A stretch of DNA of 64,000 nt from an uncultured delta proteobacterium (lineage in GTDB: Bacteria > Myxococcota_A > Polyangia > Polyangiales > Polyangiaceae): assembly GCA_963850305.1 (NCBI GenBank), contig CAWKKR010000001.1, positions 320,001 to 384,000 on the forward strand, written 5' to 3'. Shown here in pieces: positions 1 through 9,279 of the stretch. Numbering within the stretch: the stretch's first letter is position 1; each line of letters opens with the position of its first letter. Made by a program: the position numbers and the translations under genes. The notes under the pieces are model-generated. The model saw nothing but the letters and a program-made list of their open reading frames with translations. It did not search any database and was not told where the DNA came from.

Positions 1-233
1 TTGACGGTCTTCCCAAACACCATGTGGAACACGAGCAGATCGTTGATGGTCTCGCGCTCGTAGCCGAGCGATCGAGCGAACTCCGCCGATGAGTGGAGCG
101 GATAGCGATCGCCCGTGAGTCCGATGTAAAGGGACTGGTCGCCTTCCGTGATGGTCCGGGGTACCGCGTGAACGAGCTTCGCGCCGCGCGCAAAATCCTC
201 GAAAAAGTTACCGAGGTTGGTCTTGTTGGCCAT
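1..233 (-). CDS. mch: Mesaconyl-CoA hydratase (MaoC family), 5' part; runs off the window edge
   Basis: Not in the ORF track. Manual translation from ATG at 233 gives MANKTNLGNFFEDFARGAKLVHAVPRTITEGDQSLY...LLVFHMVFGKTV, which matches the Mch N-terminus pattern (GxFFEDF, HAVPRT, FHxVFGKTV). Lies directly downstream of ccr. Confidence 0.85.
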   Translation of the reverse strand, partial: MANKTNLGNFFEDFARGAKLVHAVPRTITEGDQSLYIGLTGDRYPLHSSAEFARSLGYERETINDLLVFHMVFGKTV

Positions 234-260
234 GTCGTCCTTCCGGGATTCGTCCGACGT

Positions 261-1514
261 TCAGCGACTTTCCGATAGGGTCTTCATGCCGCGCTTCGTC
301 GCATTGACCAGGATCGACATGTTGCCGTTCGGATGCTTGTTCTCGCGCATGAGCTGGTGACAGGCGCCCGTTTCCCCGAACTCGAACACACGGGACAGGC
401 ACGGGTCGACCTTCCCCGCGATGACGAGATCGTTGATGCCCTTCGCTTGCTCGTCGTTCGCGAAGTGGGAGCCTTGAAAGCGCTTCTGCCGCATCCAGTG
501 GTACCTGAGATCGAATGTCGCGTTGTAGCCGGTGGTGCCAGCACAGATGACAACCATCCCACCCGTTTCGCAGACGAAGACGGAGGTCGGGACCGTGTCT
601 TCGCCGGGGTGCTCGAACACGATCGTCGGGCTGGCTTTCTCGCCGAGCGCGTCCCAGAATGCCTTGCCGAACGCGCGGACCCCGGTGAGCCACTTGCCGT
701 ATGCGGCATCGTCCTTCCAGTGGGGCAGCATTCCCCAGTGCTCGAACTGCCTCCGGTTGATGGTGCCGATTGCTCCGAGCTTCTTGCAATATTCGACCTT
801 GTCGTCGCCGCTCACGACGGCGACGGCACGCCCCCCAGCGGCCTTGACGATCTGGATGGCCATGCTGCCGAGACCGCCCGCGCCGCCCCAGATGAGAACG
901 GGATCCCCGGGCCTCACGACATTCGGCGACCAGCCGTGAAGCATGCGGTAGGCCGTCGCGCCGACGAGCATGTACGCGGCAGCGTCCTCCCAGGAGAGGT
1001 GCTTCGGCTTCGGAAGGCACATGTGATCTTGCACCTTCGTGAACTGGGCGAAACTCCCCCAGTTCGTCTCGTAACCCCAGATGAGCTGCGACGGCGCGAA
1101 CATAGGGTCCTTGCCGGCTTTGACGTGCGGATCCTCGGGATCCCACCAGCCGCAATGCGTGACGACCTCGTCGCCGACCTCGAGGTTCTTCACGTCCCTG
1201 CCAACCTTCCACACGATGCCACTCGCGTCGGAACCGCCGATGTGAAAATTCTCGGCTTCGCCCTTCTTCTGTCGGGCCTTGATGACGTTGATCGGGATGC
1301 CGAGGGCGGCCCAGACGTTGTTGTAGTTCACGCCCGCGGCCATCACGTAGACGAGCACCTCCCGCGGACCAATCTCCGGAACCTCGATTGGCTCGACGCG
1401 GAAGGCTTCCCTGGGTTCACCGAAGCGTTCGGGGCGAATGACCTGTGCGTTCATTCGCCGAGGCACGTTGCCGAGTTCCGGAATTTCCCCGAGGTCGTAG
1501 ATGTCTTTGGCCAT
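261..1514 (-). CDS. ccr: Crotonyl-CoA carboxylase/reductase
   Basis: Motifs [59 protein letters not shown]. Start placed at [12 protein letters not shown] (1514); the ORF track extends to 1601. Confidence 0.95.
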   Translation of the reverse strand: MAKDIYDLGEIPELGNVPRRMNAQVIRPERFGEPREAFRVEPIEVPEIGPREVLVYVMAAGVNYNNVWAALGIPINVIKARQKKGEAENFHIGGSDASGIVWKVGRDVKNLEVGDEVVTHCGWWDPEDPHVKAGKDPMFAPSQLIWGYETNWGSFAQFTKVQDHMCLPKPKHLSWEDAAAYMLVGATAYRMLHGWSPNVVRPGDPVLIWGGAGGLGSMAIQIVKAAGGRAVAVVSGDDKVEYCKKLGAIGTINRRQFEHWGMLPHWKDDAAYGKWLTGVRAFGKAFWDALGEKASPTIVFEHPGEDTVPTSVFVCETGGMVVICAGTTGYNATFDLRYHWMRQKRFQGSHFANDEQAKGINDLVIAGKVDPCLSRVFEFGETGACHQLMRENKHPNGNMSILVNATKRGMKTLSESR

Positions 1515-1685
1515 TGCGGCCGCGCATCCTATAGGAACGTCGGGCACGGCGGGAAGCCGGTCGTGCTGGACTATCTCGAGCGACTTGTTGACGCGGGCCA
1601 CGCCACCCCCTATTTCCGCCCCGCACCCCCTGCAGCCGGGGCCGGCCTTCGCCCCCGCAGCGCCGGGCCGTACAAGGAGCCTCTC

Positions 1686-3351
1686 GTGAGCACCGAACCC
1701 AACCTACGTTCCGCCGTCTCCGCAATCGAGGCCCTCTTCCAGCGCGCCCTGCCGCGCGTCATCGAACACGTGGCGGAAAGCGGGAAGATCTCGTCGAAGA
1801 AGCTCGAAGTGCACCAGCTCGCGGTGCACGCCCTCGCGTACCTGGCGACCGAGCTCGAAGCTGCGCGCCAGGTGGTCGAATGGAGCGAGCGCGCCGTCAC
1901 CGCAGACCCGAAGGCCAAGGTCGAGCCCCTGATCGCGACCGTCTACGTCGGGGAACTCCTGCGGGAGCTCTCGGGCGGCATCAACCTCGGCCCGTGTGAG
2001 TCCATCGCCCCGGGTGATCTCTGGCTCGAATCGAAGGACATTGCCGAGACAGTCGGGAAACAGAGCCTGGCGCCGGTCATCGCCGCCGCCTCCGGCGCGG
2101 CCGTCTGCGAGCTCGCGAGCCTCGCCCGCGAGTCGCGAAGTTACGGCGCGTGGGGGCTAGGCGACGAAACGCTCGACACGATCCGCGACGAGTTCCGGAA
2201 ATTCACGGACAACGAAGTCGTTCCCATCGCGCAGGACGTGCACCGCAAGGACGTCCTGATCCCGATGTCGCTCATCGACAAGATGAGCGACATGGGGGTG
2301 TTCGGGCTCACGATCCCCGAGGAATACGGCGGTCAGGGACTCTCGAAGGTAGCCATGTGCGTGGTCACCGAAGAGCTGAGCCGCGGCTACATCGGCGTCG
2401 GCTCGCTCGGCACGCGTTCGGAGATTGCCGCGGAGCTCATCCTCGGCGGCGGCACGGAAGAGCAGAAAAAGCACTGGCTTCCCAAGCTCTCGTCCGGCGA
2501 GGCCATGTCGACGGCGGTGTTCACGGAGCCGAACTTCGGCTCCGACGCGGCGCACTTCCAGACGCGCGCATCCAGGCAGCCCGATGGCTCATGGACGATC
2601 GACGGATCCGAAGACGTGGATCACCCACGCAACACGGGCGGATCTGATGACGCTTCTCGCGCGGACCAACCCGAAGGAAGAGGGGTATGCCGGGCTGTCC
2701 ATGTTCCTTGCAAAGAAGACGCGGGGCAGCGAGACGAACCCGGAGCACGATGGATTTCCGGACGAGGGCATCACAGGAACGGAGATCAAGGTCCTCGGAT
2801 ACCGCGGCATGAAGGAGTTCGAGATGGGCTTCGACGGCTTCAAGGTCGACGCGGCCGCACTGCTAGGAGGCAAGGAAGGGATGGGCTTCAAGCAGCTCAT
2901 GGCCACCTTCGAGGCCGCTCGCATCCAGACCGCGGCACGGGCCATCGGAGTCGCGCAGAGCGCGCTCGAGGAGTCGATGAAGTACGCGAACGAGCGCATT
3001 CAGTTCAACGTGCCCATCTTTTCCTTTCCCCGAGTACAGCGGAAGATCGGGAGGATGATCGCGCGGATCATGGCGTCACGGCAGCTAGCGTTCTTCGCGG
3101 CCCGCGCCAAGGACACCGGGAAGCGCTGCGATCTCGAAGCCGGCATGGCAAAGCTCCTCGCGACCCGCGCCGCCTGGGAAGCTGCGGATGCATGCGTTCA
3201 AATCCACGGCGGCAACGGCTTCGCGGAGGAGTACGTGGCCTCCCGGCTGCTGGTGGACGCCCGGGTGCTCAGCATCTTCGAGGGTGCGAACGAGATTCAA
3301 GCCGGCGTGATCGCACGACGACTCATCGAACAGGGGATGCAGAAGGCCTGA
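1686..3351 (+). CDS. mcd: Acyl-CoA dehydrogenase, probably (2S)-methylsuccinyl-CoA dehydrogenase; one frameshift near 2610
   Basis: AGGAG RBS, then GTG at 1686. Long N-terminal extension with [13 protein letters not shown], then [24 protein letters not shown]; continues in the other frame as KTWITHA...VLGYRGMKE...[12 protein letters not shown]...IFEGANEIQ. Divergent from ccr. Confidence 0.85.
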
Positions 3352-3364
3352 CTCGGGCCCCACG

Positions 3365-4430
3365 TCACGGGGTGGGCGCGGAAGCGGCTGCGACGACTTC
3401 CTTCACGTCCAGCGCGATGGCGCAGCTATTCACCTGTCGCTGCTCGGCCGCGAGCACATCGGGAGGCACTGCGGCACCGCCGCCGACGGGGACAAACTCG
3501 CCCGCAGCCTCGGCGCGGACTCGGGCGAGCAACATGCCCTCGCGCAGGTCCCAGATCCCGACCCGGGCCGCATGAGGCGCTCGCTCGAGGCGTTCATCCT
3601 CGGTCTCCTGACGTTCGTCTCGCGCACGGGGGAGCGCGGGCGGAAGACCGCCGGGCGGTTCTTCGTCGAGGACGGCGGTGAAATAACGCGCACGCTGCAG
3701 CAACTCCACGGCGATGGGGACGTCGTTCTTCGTCACGGCCTCGAGGTCGAGATCGAAGGCGCGGACCGATAGGTCCGTCGACGCTTGGTGCAGCTCATCG
3801 GTCCACTCCGGCGACAGGATCCGCAGGGTGCGGTACGCAAGCCTGAGGTTGTACGGTTGCGACGGCCGCGCGCAGACCGAGTAATCGTTACACACGAGCC
3901 CCCCGCGGCAATCCGACGGCTTGGTGCAAGGGGGGCCTTCCGACGACTCGTGCCGCACGAACAAGCACGAGGTGACCCCATCCCGCAGCGACCCAGCTGC
4001 CGCCGCTCGGAGCGACTTCGCGTCATGGGCGCTTGCAAGACGGACTCGCAGATACACGCCGGGACTACTCGCGATCCGATCGAGGGACACGCCCTTCGCG
4101 ACGAAGTTCTGCAGGGGGTCCCCGGCGAGTTCGAAGACCCACGCCTCGACGCGATCCCGGAAGGGAATGATCTTCGGCCCGAGCGCCTGCATGACCGCTC
4201 GCTGACGGGCCATGACGGCGCTCTTCTGGCTCTCGAGCTGCCCCTCCGCGATCTTCCAATAGATGATGCCGAACGCAGCGAACCCGATTGCCGTCCACAG
4301 CCAGAATTGCGGAGAGCCTCCGTAGATCCTCGCCTTACCCCCGACGATGGCGCGCCTTCGCAGCTCGCGGGCTTCGTTCAGCGACGGAAGACCGCGCTGC
4401 CTGGGGCTACGAACGGTCGCCGACGCTCAC
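3365..4430 (-). CDS. Hypothetical single-pass membrane protein with a small Cys-rich motif, directly downstream of aglS
   Basis: The frame of ORF 3365..4213 stays open upstream to about 4426 and includes a TM segment FWLWTAIGFAAFGIIYWKI. No in-frame ATG/GTG/TTG there, so the start is uncertain. Contains CTKPSDCRGGLVCNDYSVC. Confidence 0.6.
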
Positions 4431-5008
4431 CCCGCGCCGCCGCCGGGCTTCCCGAGACGCTTCGTCATGAAGCTCACCTGCGGGTAGCCGGCGAACGCCG
4501 CCGTCTGGAACACGCTCTTCACGACCAGAGCCGTGACGCGCTTGTCGACCTGCAACACGACGATGCCCGGGAAGGGTTTGGACCCATTGATCTGCTTCCA
4601 GAGCTCTCGCTTGCTCTTCAGCACGTTGAACAGCTCGTCCACGCGCTGAAGCCGGTTGGCGTCCTCGATCGCTCGCGTGTTCCCGGCGGGAATCCCGTCC
4701 ACGAGAATGTTCGTGCCCGTGATGGCGACCATCGGCGCTTCGACCATGTCCAGCACGTTCATGGCGCTCGGCAACTGCACGTTCTTGTCGACCGGGAGCT
4801 CACCGGACGCGGAAAAGCTCGCCAGCAGAAAGAGCACGATGCAGAGCAAGAAGTCGATGAAGGGAACCAGCGGGAGTTCCTGGTTGACCGACCGATGCCC
4901 TCCGCCCGTCGCCTTCTTCTTCACGAAGTCGAGCGCGACGTGGTGGATCAGCCTCCGCCCGGGCACCGAGATTGGTTGATGAAACCGAGATAGGGCTTTG
5001 TTGCTCAT
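4427..5008 (-). CDS. aglS: ExbD/TolR family protein, AglS-like
   Basis: LVPFIDFLLCIVLFLLASFSASGE TM with the conserved Asp, N-terminal ISVPGRR, QLPSAMNV; third gene of the triad. Confidence 0.8.
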   Translation of the reverse strand: MSNKALSRFHQPISVPGRRLIHHVALDFVKKKATGGGHRSVNQELPLVPFIDFLLCIVLFLLASFSASGELPVDKNVQLPSAMNVLDMVEAPMVAITGTNILVDGIPAGNTRAIEDANRLQRVDELFNVLKSKRELWKQINGSKPFPGIVVLQVDKRVTALVVKSVFQTAAFAGYPQVSFMTKRLGKPGGGAG

Positions 5009-5018
5009 CTGGGTTCCC

Positions 5019-5579
5019 TCAGTTCACGGCGAAAGTGACGTTGAATGCAGGCACGTCTTGTTCCTGCGACCCATACTTGAACTGGCGCTTCGGCGTGTAA
5101 ATCGCGTCGATCACGGCGACGATGTCGGAAAAGGGCGTCGTGTTGTCAGTGTGAAGAATGGCCTGATCGAATTTCTTGTCGGTCGAAGCACGGTGACTTC
5201 CATTCTGAGTCCACTCTTCCTGCACCTTCTTCGCGAGGTCCGGATACGTGTACTCGTTCTCGCCGAACGGCACTTGCTTCTTGGGCACCTCGATGGTGTT
5301 CACGACCGTCGTGCCCTCTTTCCAGACCAGGTCGAACTTCCGATCCCCGCGCATCTCGACGTGGAGGGTCTTCTCCTTCTTCACGTCTACGGGCTGATCG
5401 GGCTGAGGCGGCCCCGGCACCTGGGCGTCCGCGTTGAGCCGCGCCATCTGCGACCAGACCGCGGTCACGAGGAGGAACATCACGAGACAGAGCAGAAAGT
5501 CGATGAACGGAACCAGCGGCAGTTCCTGGTTGACCGACCGCCTTCCACCATGTCCGCCACCGACGTCAATGCCAGCCAT
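5019..5579 (-). CDS. aglQ: ExbD/TolR family protein, AglQ-like
   Basis: MAGIDVGGGHGGRR...LVPFIDFLLCLVMFLLVTAVWSQMARL resembles the AglQ N-terminus (FLxxTAVWxQ); second gene of the triad. Confidence 0.8.
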   Translation of the reverse strand: MAGIDVGGGHGGRRSVNQELPLVPFIDFLLCLVMFLLVTAVWSQMARLNADAQVPGPPQPDQPVDVKKEKTLHVEMRGDRKFDLVWKEGTTVVNTIEVPKKQVPFGENEYTYPDLAKKVQEEWTQNGSHRASTDKKFDQAILHTDNTTPFSDIVAVIDAIYTPKRQFKYGSQEQDVPAFNVTFAVN

Positions 5580-5659
5580 TGCAACTCCCTGTCAGCACTT
5601 GGGGGACGCGACGGGCCCCGCGCTCCTGTGGGGGGCGAGACCCGCTTGGCGCGCTCCGT

Positions 5660-6316
5660 CTACTGACCCTCGAGTCCCTGGAGGTTCACCTTTTGGCGGT
5701 TCGACACGACAAGGTTCAGTACACGCACCGATGCCTCGTTGATGTCGTCCTCGAGACCTTGCGTCTTGCCGTTCAAAACGGCAAAGCCGGCAAGCGCCGT
5801 GATGGCGGAGATCAGCCCGAATGCCGTGCAGTTCATGGCCTCCGAGATGCCCTCCGCGAGGATGCGCGCCTTCTGGCTGGGGTCGACGCTTTCGCCGCCG
5901 ACCGCTCCGAAGGCCTTGATGAGACCCACGATGGTCCCGAAGAGGCCATTCAGCATTGCCAGGTTCGCGAAGAGAGCGAGGAACCCCGTGCGCTTCGAGA
6001 TCTTGGGCATCTCCTGGAGCGCCGCTTCGTCCATGGCCGCCTGAACCTCTTCGTCCGACCGGTTCACCTTGACGAGGCCGGCCTGGACGATGCGCGCGAG
6101 CGGCGCATTCGCCGCCGAACACATCTTCACGGCCTTGGCGACGTCCCCCGCGAGAATGCATTTCTGCATCGTCGCCAGGAACACCTCCTTATTGATGGAG
6201 GCGCCCCAGAGGTAGACGGCGCGCTCGGCGATGACCGCGATCGAAAACACGAGCCACACCAGAATGAGCCACATGGCCCAGCCGCCCATTTGAAAGTGAT
6301 GCCAGAGATCAGCCAT
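5660..6316 (-). CDS. aglR: MotA/TolQ/ExbB proton channel protein, AglR-like
   Basis: ASINKEVFL, EVQAAMDEAAL, GLFGTIVGLI, GISEAMNCTAFGL and DINEASVRVLNL closely recall Myxococcus AglR. Confidence 0.85.
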   Translation of the reverse strand: MADLWHHFQMGGWAMWLILVWLVFSIAVIAERAVYLWGASINKEVFLATMQKCILAGDVAKAVKMCSAANAPLARIVQAGLVKVNRSDEEVQAAMDEAALQEMPKISKRTGFLALFANLAMLNGLFGTIVGLIKAFGAVGGESVDPSQKARILAEGISEAMNCTAFGLISAITALAGFAVLNGKTQGLEDDINEASVRVLNLVVSNRQKVNLQGLEGQ

Positions 6317-6897
6317 CGTCCTTTACCTTTTTCTCCGAGTGCGGCGGTCCCTAGTGCAGTCGCGTTCGACGTGGTGCGAGTAGGCGGGACCACCGGCCAC
6401 CGCATCCACCCAGGACTTTGCCAGGAAGTTGGCTGCCCGCGACCGAATGCGGAACAGCCCGGACAGGCGCATCTTCGCGAAGGGGACCCCAGCCCGTCAA
6501 GAGAGATTGGAATTCACCCGCATCTTCGCGTCCGACCAGAAAGTTGCATGAATACCGCGCATTCTCGATCGCTGTCAGAGGGGATTTTGCCGCGAGAGCG
6601 GCCGGCATGACGGCCCGGGGCGTCACCATCGGTGGCTTTCCATTCGAGCTCCGGACGACGCTTTCGTTGGTACCAGTCGGTCCTGGTGGATCGCTGAATG
6701 ACGACCGAGTTCCTCGCGGAAACACCAGTTGCCCGACGGCGGGAATCAGCCGCCCTTCCACTTCGAGAAGCGGGGCGAGAAAGCGTCGGCGAGCGATAGA
6801 GAACGACTGAGCGAAAAGGGAAATGCCATCGCCGGAAGCCCGAGCGGAGCTGGTCGCGAGAAGGCAGAAATCAAAAATCGGTAAAGCGTGACCGAGC

Positions 6898-6927
6898 TTG
6901 CAAGCCGTCTCGCGCGGCGGCTATAGT
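6898..6927 (+). promoter_or_regulatory. Putative sigma70-type promoter of the second motor triad
   Basis: TTGCAA (6898-6903), 18 nt spacer, TATAGT (6922-6927), about 90 nt upstream of ATG 7015. Confidence 0.45.
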
Positions 6928-7014
6928 CGCCCTCACGTTTGTCAAAAGGCCCAGCTAGCGCGTCTGGGGTTCGTCTCAAAGAGAGACTGGTCGATTCAGA
7001 AAGGGACATGGGGA

Positions 7015-7692
7015 ATGCAACTTCTGCTTCTCGCGGCACAAGAAGCCAGCGGCGGCGGCGACAGCCAGCTGGTCGAGGCGTTCAAGCACAATCCCACCTT
7101 CATGGTCTTGAACCTGTGCGCCTCCGCGATCGTGCTTACCATCGTGGTGGAACGCTTCACGTTCCAGCTGACGCGCTACCGGGTGAACTCGAAGGAGTTC
7201 TTTGCTCAGATCAAGAAGCTGGTCACGGCGGGTAACATCGATCGAGCCATCAAGCTCTGCGAGGCCAGTGACTACCCGATCCTGCAGCTCGTGAAGGCTG
7301 GGTTGACCCACTCGAACAAGGGCCCGGACGAAATCGACGCGGCGCTGAGCGAAAAGCTGAGCGAGCTCAAGCCACAGGCCGAGAAGCGGGTCGGTGCGCT
7401 CTGGTCGATGGCGAATATCTCGACCCTGATCGGACTTCTTGGAACGGTCAGCGGTCTGATCGCGACCTTCGGCGCCATCGCGGCACCAGGCCTCTCGCAG
7501 GCCGACAAGCAGCGCATGCTCTCGAACGGTATCGCCGAAGCCATGTACAACACGGCTCTCGGCCTCGGTATCGCGGTGTTCTGCATGATCACGCACATCC
7601 TGCTTCACACGCGGGCCAAGGCCATCCAGCATGATCTCGAGAGCACGGTCGAAAAAACGTTCAACCTGCTGACGATCCAGCAACGCGGCTGA
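7015..7692 (+). CDS. MotA/TolQ/ExbB proton channel family protein (second paralog)
   Basis: IVVERF, ANISTLIGLLGTVSGLIATF, GIAEAMYNTALGLGIAV; three TM segments. Start at MQLLLLAAQ. Confidence 0.9.
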   Translation: MQLLLLAAQEASGGGDSQLVEAFKHNPTFMVLNLCASAIVLTIVVERFTFQLTRYRVNSKEFFAQIKKLVTAGNIDRAIKLCEASDYPILQLVKAGLTHSNKGPDEIDAALSEKLSELKPQAEKRVGALWSMANISTLIGLLGTVSGLIATFGAIAAPGLSQADKQRMLSNGIAEAMYNTALGLGIAVFCMITHILLHTRAKAIQHDLESTVEKTFNLLTIQQRG

Positions 7693-7711
7693 ACCGACGG
7701 CGCACGCCAGC

Positions 7712-8269
7712 ATGGCGCAAGAAAAGCTCAGCACGGCTCAGATCGCCAAGATTCGGCGCCTGAGTCAGCCTCGCGAACTCGCTCCCGATGAGGAGGGCGG
7801 CGAGCTCAATATCGTGCCGTTCCTCGATATCATCATGAACATCTTGATCTTCGTGCTCGCGACCGTCTCGGTCACGTTCACGGCGACGATCGAGACGCAA
7901 CCGCCGGCGAGCGGCGGAAGCGGCGTCCGCAAGGAGATGGAGAGCAAGGCGCTGAACCTCACGGTGTTGATCGTAAATGACGGGTTCTCCATCAAGGCGT
8001 CCGGCGGCAACGTTGCTCCAGGCTGCGAGGGCGTCGGGTCGGGAATCGCGATTCCGATGAGGAGCGGCACCTACGACTACGACGCCCTGACCGACTGCGC
8101 GAACAAGCTCAAGCAATCCTCTGCGGACTTCGCTGATGAGACGCAGGTCTACATCAGCGCAAACCCGGGCACGGATTACCAGACGGTGATCAGCACCATC
8201 GACGCGCTTCGTTCGACGCGACATGGGGAACCACTCTTCACGGACGTGAACTTCAAGGTGCCCCGATGA
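7712..8269 (+). CDS. ExbD/TolR family protein
   Basis: ELNIVPFLDIIMNILIFVL TM with the conserved Asp; C-terminal YQTVISTIDALR. Confidence 0.9.
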   Translation: MAQEKLSTAQIAKIRRLSQPRELAPDEEGGELNIVPFLDIIMNILIFVLATVSVTFTATIETQPPASGGSGVRKEMESKALNLTVLIVNDGFSIKASGGNVAPGCEGVGSGIAIPMRSGTYDYDALTDCANKLKQSSADFADETQVYISANPGTDYQTVISTIDALRSTRHGEPLFTDVNFKVPR

Positions 8270-8889
8270 GCCAGGGACAGGGCCCGGCGGCGCCCAAAGC
8301 GCCGAAAGCATCCGCCGCGAAGTTCAAGGCAGCGCTGCGGAAATCGATCCGGAAGAACGCCCACGACCAGGAGATCAACTTCCTCAACATCACCGCGATG
8401 CTCGACATCATGACGATCATCCTGGTGTTTCTCCTGAAGAGCCTGGGTGAATCGACCGCCTCGGTGCCACAGAGCAACGATCTCAAGATCCCGAGCTCGT
8501 TCGTCACGTCCCAGCCGAGCATGGAAGGCGTGGTCGTGACGGTCTCGAAGTCGCAGATTCTGGTCGGGGACGACAAGATCATGTCGCTCCCGAGTCGCCA
8601 GTCTCTGGCGCAGTCCGGCGTCGGAGCCCAGTACAAACGGAGCGGCCCGAACGACCTCTACATCGTGCCGCTCGGGAACGCGCTGCAGGCCGCCCGCAAG
8701 ACCGACAAGGCCGTCCGCGCGGCAAAGGGGCTCGACCCGTCGACGTCGGAGGCGATCATCATCGCGGACAACACGACGCCCTATCGGCTTTTCATCGAGG
8801 TCTTGTTCACCCTCGGGCAAAACGAGTTCGGTAAGTATCACCTCATGGTGATGCAGAAGAAGGCGCCCGCGCCGGCCAGCAAGACATAG
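8266..8889 (+). CDS. ExbD/TolR family protein
   Basis: LNITAMLDIMTIILVFLLKS TM, IIADNTTPYRLFIEVLFT; ATGA overlap with the previous gene. Confidence 0.9.
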   Translation: MSQGQGPAAPKAPKASAAKFKAALRKSIRKNAHDQEINFLNITAMLDIMTIILVFLLKSLGESTASVPQSNDLKIPSSFVTSQPSMEGVVVTVSKSQILVGDDKIMSLPSRQSLAQSGVGAQYKRSGPNDLYIVPLGNALQAARKTDKAVRAAKGLDPSTSEAIIIADNTTPYRLFIEVLFTLGQNEFGKYHLMVMQKKAPAPASKT

Positions 8890-9279
8890 ACGTTCGAGCG
8901 GGATTGAACGTGCGGTGGGCCCGCCGCAGAAAAGCCTCACGCTTCCGTGGGGTTTGATGGATTCTGGCGTCGTCTCTGGGTAGCCCGCCGCTCGGATGGT
9001 TCGAGAGCAGGGGTGGTAGCGCCACCTCTCCCCCGCGGCTCGAGGACCGATACCCGGGGAGCCGGAAAAACCGCCTTGCGGGCTCCGAGAACCCCGTGCT
9101 ACGAGCGACTCAGGTTACGGATCGTCGCGCCTTTGGGAGTGGCTCGCGTCGACGAACGATCGCCTGGGTGTCGTTTCGTCGGAGCCTCCTCCCGCGCCGG
9201 GGCGGCCGTAGCTGGTTGCGCCGTTCCTCAAGCAAACGCCCGAGGGGCATCCACTCTCAGGTCGGCGCAGGATCGCACC

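Noticed and set aside
333..1685. 1080-aa ORF 333..3575 as a single protein
   Set aside because: Its first 450 aa are the antisense shadow of ccr. The real gene begins at GTG 1686 and changes frame near 2610.
2600..2620. Programmed frameshift in mcd (likewise in the M16 peptidase, hydrolase and lipoprotein genes)
   Set aside because: No slippery heptamer is evident, and similar single-base shifts are scattered through unrelated genes, which fits sequencing error.
6317..7014. ncRNA, riboswitch or small CDS in the long divergent intergenic region
   Set aside because: No recognisable RNA family motif by eye and the short ORFs lack coding character. A covariance-model search would be needed.
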